Shown: positions 37,073 through 52,600, counted from the whole stretch's first letter. The stretch is DNA of 63,921 nt, filler included, from Octopus bimaculoides (GCF_001194135.2; 7 parts of 6 records of this genome joined end to end with filler, not necessarily neighbours in it); one strand, 5' to 3'. A program made the numbers and translations. The notes: generated by a model not told the origin, from the sequence alone.

Positions 37073-37749
37073 ACTATACATTCATGTGCTCGCGCGTGCG
37101 TACCTCAATGTACGTCGCTAATTAGTTCCAAGAGATGCGACTTAACGCGAGAAAACGGCGTAACACGAAAAAGTATTTAAAAAATTTATTGCCTTAAATC
37201 CGTTTCAATAAACATTTTGTAGATATTCTTGCGTGTATCTGATTTGATTTTCCACTTCAACAATGGTTTTTGGGGGCATTTTAGAAAAAATTTTTGCGTT
37301 TATATATGTTCGCTAAGATCGACGTAAAGTAGGATAAATCGATTGAAGTTGAGGTTCATTTTCCTATTAATTTCTTTAAAAAGCCGAAGTAAAACCGAGT
37401 AAGACGTAAGTTCAGGTATATCTGTATACATATTGCATCAGATGAACTTTGAAGATCAACATATTTGATAGAAGTGTATTTCTTAATCTTCGTACGAAGA
37501 AATCAAGTATTTAGTAATGTGTACAAGGAAAACTGCTAACATTAAAAAGCAGAAAATCTTTGTATTTTATCAGGTCGTGTCAAACTGAAAACGTTCTTGT
37601 GTGGAAAAAATACATTTTGTAATTGAGAACAGATTGGTATTATTTGCCGTAACAGTGAAATTATGCAATCAAATGCGTCTTTCATAAAACATACGGTATC
37701 ACTCTAGAAGAAGTATGAAAAATACAATGGATACGAGCAAGATAATAAA

Positions 37750-38090
37750 GATTATGGAATATAAGCGTTATGTAATATAAATATTATGGGGTATAATCGT
37801 TATGATATTTCAGCACTATAGAATGTATGGATTATAAAATATATGATTCATAAAATTTAAGCATTATGAGATATAGTCATAATACTGTAGAATATGAAGC
37901 ATTATGGAATACAAGCGTTATAAGATATAAGCATTAAGAGATAGTGTCATTATGATATTTAAGCATTAAAGAATATAATCATTCTGAAATATAAGCATTG
38001 TGGAATTATAGAATGTAATCGTAATGAAATGTAAGCATTAGGAAATTTAAGCATTATTGAATATAAAGCGTTATGGAATATAACTATGAA
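37750..38090. repeat. Degenerate ~16-bp minisatellite (AAGCATTATGGAATAT)n
   Basis: AAGCATT / AAGCGTT recurs at roughly 16-bp period. Confidence 0.75.
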
Positions 38091-38803
38091 GGAATGTGAA
38101 GTGGAAAAGATTATGAGATATAAAAAGTGGTTTTAGATATATACAAAAAAGAAAGAAATAGATTACCAGTTAGAATTAAACGGTTTACTCTAAATCTAAT
38201 ACTAGTTGAGGAGTAGAAATTAAAAGAATATATAAAGGCTGCAAATGGATAAACTAGAAGAAATGCTTGGGTATGTATTTCGATAATTGACTGGATTAGA
38301 GGCAGTTTAAAACTGTTGCGGAAAAATTAACTACGCTAACTTGAATTAATGAACCTTAATAAAATAGTTGGTTTAACAGGTGTTTGTGGGTTGCGAGTTC
38401 AATAATGAAATTAATATAATGACAAGAAGAATAAAAGAAAAAAACATTTGATCTCGGCTGAAAGGATTAACTTAACATAGAAAAAAAGTTGAAGTCAATT
38501 ATAATGATAGATATAAGTTTATTAATAAATGTTGCATGTGTTATAAGCATTTAAAAACTTCGAGAAAACGTGAAATAATTTTTTTTTAAAGATGAAACTC
38601 GAATTAGATAAAACTATAAACAATAGCGTGTAAAGATTGGGTTACAAATCCTTTAAATGTCCATGAGGCATCCTTCGACTCTTTTTTATTATATTATTAT
38701 ATTCAAAGCATCATTTAACCTAATATGCTTTAATTTATAGCTTTATCAACTTCGAGTTCCAACGATAAAAACAATGAATTCTATATTGTATAGTTTCTTA
38801 TTT

Positions 38804-38920
38804 AAGGTTTACCATAAGTTTGAAGTTGCCCATGCAACTTAGGGTTTACCATAAGTTTAATGTTGCCCATGCAACTTAGGGTTAACCATAAGTTTGAAGT
38901 TGCCCATGCAACTTAGGGTT
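38804..38920. repeat. 37-bp tandem repeat x3.2
   Basis: Unit AGGGTTTACCATAAGTTTGAAGTTGCCCATGCAACTT; no spacers. Confidence 0.9.
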
Positions 38921-38956
38921 GACTGTGCATCTACTTTTATATGCTTGGACAGTGTG

Positions 38957-39277
38957 AAGGCGAATGGCTTAGTTGCTAGGGTTTTCGGCTCAAAATTCTT
39001 TGGTCGTGAGTTCGATATCCGGCGGCGCGTTATGTCCATGAGCAAGACACTTTATTTCACGTTGCCCCAGTTCACCCAGCTGGAAAACATCAGTTGTACC
39101 TGTATTTCAAAGGATCAGGCTTATCACATTCTGTGTTACGCTGGATATCTCTGAGAACTACGTTAAGGGTACGCGTGCCTGTAGAGTGCTCAGCCAATTG
39201 CACGTTTATTTCACGAGCAGGCAATTCCGTTGATCGGATCAACTGGAACACTCGTCGTCGTAACCGACGGAGTGCCA
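38957..39277 (+). mobile_element. Full-length tRNA-head SINE family A
   Basis: A-box-like TGGCTTAGTTG, B-box-like GAGTTCGATATCC, 3' tail CTCGTCGTCGTAACCGACGGAGTGCC. Confidence 0.85.
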
Positions 39278-40203
39278 TATGTGCTTGCACGTTTGGGCAC
39301 AGACATCTGGCCAGCCCTCGCTGGCTTTTAGATTATAAAAAAAGGTAAGAGGTGGGGGGCATGCTGTAAGGATTAAAAAGCAAACGCTGCTCGTTATGAT
39401 TCACTGTTACTTCATGCAACAATGAATTTTCTTTTAAAAAGGTTTACTTATATTAAAAATGAAATAAAAATATATTTAAAAAATAGATTAAAATACTTAA
39501 AATATATTAGTGACAATGAGGTATAGCTCTTTATGGTGTTAATTCAAAAAAATTTTATAGACATAAATTTTTTTAAAATTTGCTAATTATCAAATAAGCT
39601 CCCTTTTGTGGTTGTGCTTTTTTTAAAAACATAAACTGATAGTTAAAAGACCCAACAACAGATATACTTTTGTCTGAAACACATTCCTAAAACTTCAAAT
39701 ATAGTCTAACTAAAATGCTTACCATAGAAAATCGCAAGTTTTATCAAAAGGATTAGATGGAAAATTTACTTCTAAAAAATATTGCCGGAGGACAGTAACT
39801 AAAAACAAATATGGTTTTAAAACGGCAAAATTATGTTCTCTTCCTCATAATTTATTACAACCGTTCGTCATTATTAAAAATGTGAAATTTAGAAGAAATA
39901 TCAAACCTTTTCAAAGAGAAATTCGAAATAAGATTAAAAGTTAAAAACATGTAACACAGTTTTGTTAATTCTGATAAAAAAAAAAGCACATACAAATATA
40001 CATACATACATGCATATGTACATACGTACATACGTACATACATACGCATACATACATACATACATACATACACACATGCATTCATACACACATACACGCA
40101 CATACTCACACAAACAGATCCACACATGTGAGATCATCAAATGAATATAAAAGAATTCTATCTTCAATTACTAATATACGTATGTGTGCGTGTGTATACA
40201 CAC

Positions 40204-40253
<50 letters not shown>

Positions 40254-40290
40254 GCGTACATACATGCATATATATGTCATACGTATATAT

Positions 40291-40323
<33 letters not shown>

Positions 40324-41229
40324 NNNNNNNNNNNNNNNNNNNNNNNNNNNNNNNNNNNNNNNNNNNNNNNNNNNNNNNNNNNNNNNNNNNNNNNNNNNNN
40401 NNNNNNNNNNNNNNNNNNNNNNNNNNNNNNNNNNNNNNNNNNNNNNNNNNNNNNNNNNNNNNNNNNNNNNNNNNNNNNNNNNNNNNNNNNNNNNNNNNNN
40501 NNNNNNNNNNNNNNNNNNNNNNNNNNNNNNNNNNNNNNNNNNNNNNNNNNNNNNNNNNNNNNNNNNNNNNNNNNNNNNNNNNNNNNNNNNNNNNNNNNNN
40601 NNNNNNNNNNNNNNNNNNNNNNNNNNNNNNNNNNNNNNNNNNNNNNNNNNNNNNNNNNNNNNNNNNNNNNNNNNNNNNNNNNNNNNNNNNNNNNNNNNNN
40701 NNNNNNNNNNNNNNNNNNNNNNNNNNNNNNNNNNNNNNNNNNNNNNNNNNNNNNNNNNNNNNNNNNNNNNNNNNNNNNNNNNNNNNNNNNNNNNNNNNNN
40801 NNNNNNNNNNNNNNNNNNNNNNNNNNNNNNNNNNNNNNNNNNNNNNNNNNNNNNNNNNNNNNNNNNNNNNNNNNNNNNNNNNNNNNNNNNNNNNNNNNNN
40901 NNNNNNNNNNNNNNNNNNNNNNNNNNNNNNNNNNNNNNNNNNNNNNNNNNNNNNNNNNNNNNNNNNNNNNNNNNNNNNNNNNNNNNNNNNATATATATAT
41001 ATATATATGTATCTATGTATATGTGTGTGGATATATATATATGCATGTATATATATATTTATTTATATATACATACAAACGCACACACACATATACACGC
41101 GCATATATGCATAAGCATATCTTGAGCGTTCTCTTGAATTATATAAACACTACTGCTAAAATATTTCCATTGAACTAGATATAGAAGTTAGGTACGGTAC
41201 GCTATTAATCAAAAGCCATACTTTACGTT

Positions 41230-41760
41230 AAAAGAACACAAGTCTTTCCAACCTCACTGGAACTAGATTTATTAACCTTTCTAAAACATATTTAGTCATC
41301 ATGAACAAAGACCTATTACATGCTATCATTCTTAAAGTCAAGCGTAAATCACACCTCCTTGGAAGGATTATGAATATAATGTTTTGATGATATTCAGAAT
41401 GAAAATCTATTAATTCTTCCAATTCGATATGAAATATTACTACCCAACGATTACTAGACATTTGCCTATAGCTGCACTTAACCAAAAAATATCAATATAT
41501 ATTAGGAACATAGATATTAATATATTAAGACTCACAAATTCTATTCTATAGTAACTCCATTGAGATTAAGAAACAAATTAGGAAAATTATGTGCCCTTCG
41601 ATGTTAGTATGGGATCAAAAGACTCAGCTGAGATCAGTGATATTGACGAATTGCTCACATCAAATGCGTGAAAGGAAAAATTCCCGGTTTATATCAAAAC
41701 GATGGATTGTTATTAGTAATAACAATTAGGGTTAGCTTATTACATAATGTTAAATTCCGA
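41230..41760 (+). mobile_element. Penelope-like element RT remnant
   Basis: FFQFDMKYYYPTIT, FDVSMGSKDSAEISDI, GLYQNDGLL (cf. FDV.MGS.D.AE..., GLYRDDGL). Confidence 0.75.
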
Positions 41761-42428
41761 GTCATTGATTCTTTAAGAACTGCCATTATGTATTCAAAAT
41801 TTATTTTTTGCTTACTCATTAACGTTAGTGAGGTTTTTCAGCTTCATTTAGATACTATATTTTAACTCTACCTTTAGTAATCGAGTGCTATTTTGTCCAC
41901 CTTGTTTTTCACCTATGTGTGCATGCACGTTTATGTGTGTGTGTGTTTGGGGGGAGTATGACATAATTGAGTTCAATTTTAACCTTTTTTATTAAGCTGT
42001 CTTTCTTTTCGCATCTCCTTATCCATTATCCTTTCAAGAATTTCTCAATTTCTTCAGCTGAATGAGATGACAGCAATTGTGCGTTGTTGATGCTGTGTTT
42101 ATAGTAGGCAGTAAGGGATCATAGGAATGATGTTTTCACTGCTAAAATTAATAAAATGTCATCGCCGGTTGTAATATCATTTACCGACCACCTTTTGGTG
42201 TCTTTCATGCTTTACTTTGCACGTATTGTATCGATGTGTTGAGGCTTGGTTTGCATTTTGGCTTTGTTAAAGGTTCTGCAGTTAATATTCTAGTTTTGGT
42301 CCAAATCAAACAAACGCGACTGTGAAAAGAAGTTTGCTTTGAAACCATGTGGCTTCGGGCTCAATCCCACTAGGTGGAACCTTGGGCAAACACAAAGTGC
42401 TTACACATACTCACACACACTCACATTC

Positions 42429-42468
<40 letters not shown>

Positions 42469-42485
42469 NNNNNNNNNNNNNNNNN

Positions 42486-42545
<60 letters not shown>

Positions 42546-45155
42546 AACGCACACACACGTTAGCGGAACCGAAAAGTAATGTACTTTCAAGCAAATAGTT
42601 TGTTGTCATATCACAAATAGTTTACAAACCAATAATAACTTTCCTTGCGATCAACGAATCAGCATAGAGTTAAAGACCAAACGTCTATTTCGACACACGC
42701 TGTGTGGATATATGCTCTATCTGTTAGCCCATGGAAGACAAGGACTGTAGTGAGCTGCATATTTGGGATTGCATACAGTACGAATTTCGTAAAGACAACT
42801 CAACATGTGCAAAGGAAAACATGTAGTGTATATCCATTGTGTATACTGTGTGAGTGTTCGGAAATGCCAAAGGTGGTTTAATAAGTTCAACAACGAGGAC
42901 TTCGATCATTTGAATGGTTATTGATCAGGAAGACGAAATGTTCTGAATAATGACGCAGTGAAAACAGCAATAGACTAAGATCCACGTCTGTCAAAATATC
43001 GGGTACTTATACCAGAGACTAAATAAAACTTGGTCCGCTGTGCAACCAAAATCTAGATATAGCAACCAAAATCCCCTCAAATCACATCTTTACATTAGAA
43101 AAGGATACATTCAAAAATATAGTCCCATATATGGAAAGAAATGAGATTACATACATACAGACAGACAGACAGACAGACAGACAAAAATACCCTGTTGTTG
43201 ATGTTGAAATTCCAGTGAAAGAAGCTTGGATCTAGGCTAGAAACCAGCTCCTCTATTGGCAAGAAATCTTGAAACAAAACTGAACAATGACGTCCATACA
43301 CACACATACACATGCATACATACATTCATACACACATACATACACACATACACACATACATGTATACATGCACATACACACATACATACACTCATACATA
43401 CATACATACATACATACATACATACATACATACATACATACATACATACATACGTACGTGTGTGTCTGAGTAGATGCGAGAAACAGAAACAAAAAGTATA
43501 CAACCTTAAAACCAGTTCAAATATGTTTGAAAGATATTTGAACCTGTAAAGGGTTTTCACTCCAGTATGTTGCGGAGGAAAAATAATTTTCGTTTAAGAG
43601 AAAAGGAAATTAAAACGGCATGCTCAGCTCAAAGCGCTCTCTATCGGACTGATGGAAGCCTTTCGAGCTCGTTAGTTCTCACTGCTTCGTACATCTACTC
43701 ACGTATTTGTTCCGGCTTGGCAGCCAGTGTACGCTACCAGTCAATAATATTGACTGATTTACGATACATGAAGCAAATTTTTTTAGTTAGCTCAGAGTTG
43801 CCTCTCTTCGTATCTACTGCTGAAGAGAACTAACACGTTCGAAAGGCACAAAACATCAGCACAAAACAGGGCGTTCTAAGTTGACCATAGTGTTCTTTAA
43901 CACCATTTTGTCTTCAGCGAAAATTATTTTTATGCTGACAAACTTCAGTAAAATGCCTTCACAGGTTCAAACATATCTCGGACACATTTGAATACTGGAN
44001 NNNNNNNNNNNNNNNNNNNNNNNNNNNNNNNNNNNNNNNNNNNNNNNNNNNNNNNNNNNNNNNNNNNNNNNNNNNNNNNNNNNNNNNNNNNNNNNNNNNN
44101 NNNNNNNNNNNNNNNNNNNNNNNNNNNNNNNNNNNNNNNNNNNNNNNNNNNNNNNNNNNNNNNNNNNNNNNNNNNNNNNNNNNNNNNNNNNNNNNNNNNN
44201 NNNNNNNNNNNNNNNNNNNNNNNNNNNNNNNNNNNNNNNNNNNNNNNNNNNNNNNNNNNNNNNNNNNNNNNNNNNNNNNNNNNNNNNNNNNNNNNNNNNN
44301 NNNNNNNNNNNNNNNNNNNNNNNNNNNNNNNNNNNNNNNNNNNNNNNNNNNNNNNNNNNNNNNNNNNNNNNNNNNNNNNNNNNNNNNNNNNNNNNNNNNN
44401 NNNNNNNNNNNNNNNNNNNNNNNNNNNNNNNNNNNNNNNNNNNNNNNNNNNNNNNNNNNNNNNNNNNNNNNNNNNNNNNNNNNNNNNNNNNNNNNNNNNN
44501 NNNNNNNNNNNNNNNNNNNNNNNNNNNNNNNNNNNNNNNNNNNNNNNNNNNNNNNNNNNNNNNNNNNNNNNNNNNNNNNNNNNNNNNNNNNNNNNNNNNN
44601 NNNNNNNNNNNNNNNNNNNNNNNNNNNNNNNNNNNNNNNNNNNNNNNNNNNNNNNNNNNNNNNNNNNNNNNNNNNNNNNNNNNNNNNNNNNNNNNNNNNN
44701 NNNNNNNNNNNNNNNNNNNNNNNNNNNNNNNNNNNNNNNNNNNNNNNNNNNNNNNNNNNNNNNNNNNNNNNNNNNNNNNNNNNNNNNNNNNNNNNNNNNN
44801 NNNNNNNNNNNNNNTATATATATATATATATTACAATTAAAAGGGTAAAGGTTTATCAATTTATTAATTTATTAATAAATCAACAATTAATAATTTTTAC
44901 CAAGCCCTTCGGTATTATATATATTATATATTATATATATGTATATATACATATATACATACATACATACATACATTCATACATACGCATATGTATATAT
45001 ACACACACACTCACACATGCACATATATATACACACACTCTTACGTATACATATACATACACATATACATACACACACATATATATATACATACGTATAT
45101 ATTATAGACACACACACATACACACACACGCACACACACACACACACATACACAC

Positions 45156-45186
<31 letters not shown>

Positions 45187-45718
45187 GACAGAGTTACGCT
45201 AAGACATACACACGCATGCACAGCTACTGATATGCGAGTCCACTTTGTCACCCTCCAGCTCGTCCTCTCGGTGTAGCTGCTTCATCCAACATCACTAACA
45301 CTCCCCACCCCCACCTATATGTNNNNNNNNNNNNNNNNNNNNNNNNNNNNNNNNNNNNNNNNNNNNNNNNNNNNNNNNNNNNNNNNNNNNNNNNNNNNNN
45401 NNNNNNNNNNNNNNNNNNNNNNNNNNNNNNNNNNNNNNNNNACCCACATACTGTCCACCTCCACCCCCACCCGTCAACACCCCCGTCCAAAAGCAAAACG
45501 ACAGAAACAACAACAATGCTGTTATATGTTTTTCTACGACTTCTTATTAGGCCGTTCACCTTTCACAACCAGCTGTACACACACGCACACACGCACACAC
45601 GCACACACACACACACACACACATACACATACACGCATGTACACTCTCACATACATACATATATCTGTATGTATGTATCTGTGTAGGCGTGCATATATAT
45701 ATATATATGCGCCTATTT

Positions 45719-45757
<39 letters not shown>

Positions 45758-45917
45758 AATACATGTGTGTGTATGTGTCCATGTATGTATCATATTTATA
45801 CAATTAATTAGGCTGTGTATGTTATCTTAATATTTCATTCTAAGTAAATATTCTTTTTAAAATATGGATATGTATGTATGTATGTCTGTATGTATGTCTG
45901 TATGTATGTATGTATGT

Positions 45918-46172
45918 GGAGGCGCATGGCTTAGTGGTTAGGGTGTTGGACTCATGATCGTAAGATTGTGGTTTCGATTCCTGGACTGGGCGATGCATTG
46001 TGTTCTTGAGCGAAACACTTCATTTCATTATGCTCCAGTTCATCCAGCTGACAAAAATCAGTAATCCTGCGACGCACCGGCGTCCCGACGAAGGTGAGGT
46101 GAAATACATACCACACTGAATCCAGGAGACCGGCATAATGAGCCTACAGTTCGGGAAGAACTTCTGATCCTT
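45918..46172 (+). mobile_element. tRNA-head SINE (family A head, different 3' part)
   Basis: A-box TGGCTTAGTGG 45927-45937, B-box GGTTTCGATTCC 45970-45981. Confidence 0.8.
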
Positions 46173-46678
46173 TAATATGTATGTATGTATGTTGTTATTA
46201 TGTTAAACTGTCGTATGTCCAAAATTTGACCAAATGCATTTTTGTTTTCGATATTTAATTTTGCTTTCAATAGCCGGCTCTTTTGGTCAAACTATCGTAT
46301 CTCCAGCTGCTTCAGATGAAAATAGTCTAAATTTAGTACAATGGTATAGAATTTCTCAAAAGTGCAGCAAACCTCACATACGACAGTTTCGCAAAAATAT
46401 TTCTGACTGAAAAATATCATACATGCATGGAGTTACGATTTTATGCACCCAACAAAGTATTATTAATATTAAGCTGAAACTGTTGCTAATGTAAAAAGAA
46501 ATGGAATGGTGAAAGTATTTTCTCGTTTTCTGGAAAAGCAGCGTTTTGAATCTACGACACTTATGCATAATATATACANNNNNNNNNNNNNNNNNNNNNN
46601 NNNNNNNNNNNNNNNNNNNNNNTTAATTAATTAANNNNNNNNNNNNNNNNNNNNNNNNNNNNNNNNNNNNNNNNNNNN

Positions 46679-49600
46679 GGAACGAACGTACATACGAATT
46701 ACGTTGGCAGGAAATAACGAAAGAACGTACGTACGTCCGAACGGACCTACGTACGAACGAATGAACGTTCGTATGAACGAACAAACGAACGTACGTACGT
46801 ACGAACGAATGTACGTACGTACGAACGAACGTACGTACGAACGAACGTACGTACGTACGAACGAACGTACGTACGTAAGTACGAAAGAACGTACATATAC
46901 ACGTACGTACGGACGAAAGATTGAAGGAACGTACGTACGTACGCTGTAAAGAAATAACGAAAGAACGTACATACGAACGAACGAACGTACGTACGTAAAT
47001 ACGAATGACCGACATATATACGTACGTACGTACGAACGAACGAACTTACGTACGTACATACGTACGAACGTCAGAACGAAGGAACGTACGTAGGCAGGAA
47101 TTAACGAAAGATCGTACGTATGGACGAACATACGTACGTAGCCAGGAAATAACGTAAGAACGTACGTACGAACGATTGTACGTACGAACGATCATATTTA
47201 CGAAGGAACGTACGTACGAACGAACGTACGTATGTATTACGTAGGCAGGAAATAACGAAAAAACGAACGTACGTACGAACAAACGAAATTACGTACGTAC
47301 GTACGTATGAACGGTCGAACGAAGGAACGTACGTATGTACGAACGAATGAAAGAACGAACGTACGTAGGTAAGTACGTACGAACGTACATATATACGTAC
47401 GTATGTACGAACGATTGAACGAACGAACGTACGTACAAAGGTAAGATATAACGAAAGAACGTAAGTACGTACGAACGAACATACGTACGTAGGTAGGCAT
47501 GAAATAACGAAGGGACATACGAACGAACGTACGTACGAGAGAACGAACGTACGAGAGAACGAACGTACGAACGAACGAACGTACGTACGAACGAACGAAC
47601 GTACGTACGAACGAACGAACGTACGTACGAACGAACGAACGTACGTACGTAAGGACGAACGAACGTACATATATACGTACGTACCATCTATTGAAGTAAC
47701 GAACGTACGTACGAGCGATCGTATGAATGAAAGTATGTACGAACGTACGTACGAATGAACGTACGTACCTATTACGTAAGAAAGAAATAACGAAAGAACG
47801 AACGTACGAATGAACGAACGTACCTACGTATTACGTAGGAAGGACTTAACGAAATATCGTACGTACGTACGAACGAAGAAACGAACGAACTTACGTACGT
47901 ACGTAAGTACGAACGAACGAACGTACATACGAATAGCGCTGGTAGGAAATAACGAAAGAACGTACGTACGTCCGAACGGATCTTCGTACGAACGAACGAA
48001 AGTACGTATGAACGAACAAACGAACGTACGTACTTAAGTACGAACGAACGTACGTACGTACGAACGAACGTACGTAGGTAAGTACGAAAGAACGTACATA
48101 TACACGTACGTACGGACGAAAGATTGAAGGAACGAACGTACGTACGCTGGACAGATATAACGAAAGAACGTACGTACATACGAACGAAGGAACGAACGAA
48201 CGTATTTATATACGTACGTACGAACGATTGAACGAAATAACGAACGCAAGTATGTACGAACGAACGTAGGTACGAACGAACGAACGTACGTACGAACGAA
48301 CGAACGTACGTACGAACGAAGGAAAGCACGTACGTAAGGACGACCGAATGTACATATATATTGAAGTAACCAAAGTACGTACGCAGGACGGAAATAACGA
48401 AAGAACGGACGTACGAGCGATCGTATGAACGAACGTACGTACGAACGAACGTACGTACGTATTACGTAAGAAGGAAATAACGAAAGAACGAACTTACGTA
48501 CGTACGAACGAAGGAACGAACGAACGTACGTACGTAAGTCGAACAAATAAAGGAACGTACGTAATACATAGAAAGGAAATAACGAAAGAACGAACGTACG
48601 TACGAACGAACGAAATTACGTACGTACGTACGTATGAACGGTCGAACGAAGGAACGTACGTATGTAAGAACGAATGAAAGAACGAACGTACGTACGTAAG
48701 TACGTACGTATGTACGAACGATTGAACGAACGAACGTACGTACAAAGGTAAGAAATAACGAAAGAACGTAAATACGTACGAACGAACATACGTACGTAGG
48801 TAGGCATGAAATAACGAAGGGACATACGAACGAACGTACGTACGAGAGAACGAACGTACGAGAGAACGATCGAACGTACGTACGTAGGCAGGAAATAACC
48901 AAAGAACGTACGAACGAACGTATGTACGAAAGAACGAACGTACGAACGAACGAACGTACCTACGTATTACGTAGGCAGGACTTAACGAAATATCGTACGT
49001 ACGTACGAACGAAGAAACGAATGAACGAACGTACATACGAATTACGTTGGCAGGAAATAACGAAAGAGCGTACGTACGTCCGAACGGACCTACGTACGAA
49101 CGAACGAACGTACTATGAATGAACAAAAGAACGTACGTACATACGAACGAACGTACGTACGTACGAAAGAACGTACGTACGTAAGTACGAAAGAACGTAC
49201 ATATACACGTACGTTCGGACGGAAGATTGGAGGAACGAACGTACGTACGCTGGAAAGAAATAACGAAAGGACGTACGTACGAACGAACGAACGTACGTAC
49301 GTAAATACGAATGACCGACATATATACGTACGTGCGAAAGATTGAAGGAACGAACGTACATACGCAGGAACGAAATAACGAAAGAACGTACGTACGAACG
49401 AATGGACTTACGTACGTACATACGTACGAACGTTAGAACGAAGGAACGTACGTAGGCAAGAATTACGAAAGATCGTACGTACGTAGGCAGGAAATAATGT
49501 AAGAACGTACGTACGAACGATTGTACGTACGAACGATCATACGTACGAACGAACGTACGTATGTATTTCGTAGGCAGGAAATTACGTACGTACGTACGTA

Positions 49601-52600
49601 TGAACGGTCGAACGAAGGAACGTACGTATGTACGAACGAATGAAAGAACGAATGTACGTACGTAAGTACATACGAACGTACATATATACGTACGTATGTA
49701 CGAACGATTGAACGAATGAACGTACGTACAAAGTAAGAAATAACGAAAGAACGTAAGTACGTACGAACGAACGTACGTACGAACGAACATACGTACGTAG
49801 GTAGGCATGAAATAACGAAGGGACATACGAACGAACGTACGTACGAGAGAACGAACGTACGAACGAACGAACTTACCTACGTATTACTTAGGCAGGAATT
49901 AACGAAAGATCGTACGTACGAACGAAGAAACGAACGAACATACGTACGTATATAAGTACGAACGAACGAAAGTACATACGTATTACGTAGGCAGGAAATA
50001 ACGAAAGAACGTACGTACTTACAAAAGAACGAACGTACGATCGAACGAACGTACGTACTTACGAAGGAACGAACGTNNNNNNNNNNNNNNNNNNNNNNNN
50101 NNNNNNNNNNNNNNNNNNNNNNNNNNNNNNNNNNNNNNNNNNNNNNNNNNNNNNNNNNNNNNNNNNNNNNNNNNNNNNNNNNNNNNNNNNNNNNNNNNNN
50201 NNNNNNNNNNNNNNNNNNNNNNNNNNNNNNNNNNNNNNNNNNNNNNNNNNNNNNNNNNNNNNNNNNNNNNNNNNNNNNNNNNNNNNNNNNNNNNNNNNNN
50301 NNNNNNNNNNNNNNAAAGAACGTACGAACAAACGAAAGTAGAGAACGAAGGAACGTACGTATGAACGAAAGAACGAACGTACGTAATTAAGTATGAACGA
50401 ACGTACGTATGTAGGCAGGAAATAACGTAAGAACGTACGTACGAACGATCGTACGTACGAAAGATCGTACGTACGAACCATCGTATGTACGTACGAACGT
50501 AGGTACGAACGAACGTAGGTACGAACGAACGTAGGTACGAACGAAAGTACGTACGTATTACATAGGCAGGAAATAACGAACGAATGAACGTACGTACGTC
50601 CGAACGGACCTACGTACGAACGAACGAACGTACGTATGAACGAACAAACGAAAGTACGTACGTCCGAACGAACGTACTACGTACGTACGAACGATCGTAC
50701 GTTCGTAAGTACGGACGAACGTACGTACATACGAACGAACGTACGTACGTAAGTACGAACGAACGTACGTACGTAAGTACGAACGAACGTACATATACAC
50801 CTACGTACGGACGAAAGATTGAAGGAACGAACGTACGTACGCTGGAAAGATATAACGAAAGAACGTAAGTACGAACGAACAAACGTACGTACGTAAATAC
50901 GAATGACCGACATATATACGTACGTACGAACGATTGAAGGAACGAACGTACGTACGCAGGAAGGAAAAAACGAAAGAACGTACGTACGAACGAACGAACT
51001 TACGTACATACGTACGAACGTTAGAACGATGGAACGTACGTAGGCGGGTATTAACGAAAGATCGAACGTACGGACGAATATACGTACGTAGGCAGGAAAT
51101 ATCGTAAGAACGGACGTACGAACGAACGAAATTACGTACGTACGTACGTACGTATGAACGGTCGAACGAAGGAACTTACGTATGTACGAACGAATGAAAG
51201 ACCGAACGTACGTACGTAAGTACGTACGAATGCACATATATACGTACGTATATACGAACGATTGAACGAACGAACGTACGTACAAAGGTAAGAAATAACG
51301 AAAGAACGTAAGTACGTACGAACGAACGTACGTACGAACGAACATACGTACGTAGGTAGGCATGAAATAACGAAGGGACATACGAACGAACGTACGTACG
51401 AGAGAACGAAAGTACAAACGAACGAACTTACCTACGTATTACTTAGGCAGGAATTAACGAAAGATCGTACGCACGAACGAAGAAACGAAAGAACATACGT
51501 ACGTATATAAGTACGAACGAACGAAGGTACATACGTATTAAGTGNNNNNNNNNNNNNNNNNNNNNNNNNNNNNNNNNNNNNNNNNNNNNNNNNNNNNNNN
51601 NNNNNNNNNNNNNNNNNNNNNNNNNNNNNNNNNNNNNNNNNNNNNNNNNNNNNNNNNNNNNNNNNNNNNNNNNNNNNNNNNNNNNNNNNNNNNNNNNNNN
51701 NNNNNNNNNNNNNNNNNNNNNNNNNNNNNNNNNNNNNNNNNNNNNNNNNNNNNNNNNNNNNNNNNNNNNNNNNNNNNNNNNNNNNNNNNNNNNNNNNNNN
51801 NNNNNNNNNNNNNNNNNNNNNNNNNNNNNNNNNNNNNNNNNNNNNNNNNNNNNNNNNNNNNNNNNNNNNNNNNNNNNNNNNNNNNNNNNNNNNNNNNNNN
51901 NNNNNNNNNNNNNNNNNNNNNNNNNNNNNNNNNNNNNNNNNNNNNNNNNNNNNNNNNNNNNNNNNNNNNNNNNNNNNNNNNNNNNNNNNNNNNNNNNNNN
52001 NNNNNNNNNNNNNNNNNNNNNNNNNNNNNNNNNNNNNNNNNNNNNNNNNNNNNNNNNNNNNNNNNNNNNNNNNNNNNNNNNNNNNNNNNNNNNNNNNNNN
52101 NNNNNNNNNNNNNNNNNNNNNNNNNNNNNNNNNNNNNAACGAAAGAACGTACGTACGTACGAACGAAGGAACGAACGATCGAACGTGTGTACGTATTACG
52201 TAGGCAGGAAATAACAAAAGAACGTACGTACTTACGATAGAACGAACGTACGAACGAACGAACGTACGATCGAACGAACGTAGAGAACGAACGAACGAAC
52301 GAACGTACGTACCTAGGCAGGAAATAACGTAAGAACGGACGTACGAGCGATCATATGAACGAACGTACGTACGTACGTACGGATGAACGTACGTACGTAT
52401 TACGTAAGAAGGAAATAACGAAAGAACGAACGTACGTACGTACGAATGAAGGAATGAACGAACGTACGTACGTAAGTCGAACACATAAAGGAACGTACGT
52501 AATACATAGAAAGCAAATAACGAAAGAACTACGTATGTACGAACGAATGAAAGAACGAATATACGTACGTAAGTACATTCGAACGTACTTATATACGTAC

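Noticed and set aside
38804-38920. CRISPR-like 37-bp palindromic repeat
   Set aside because: Units abut with no spacers; no cas genes; eukaryotic context
45918-45990. tRNA gene (also at 38957)
   Set aside because: A/B boxes continue into SINE bodies; no complete cloverleaf
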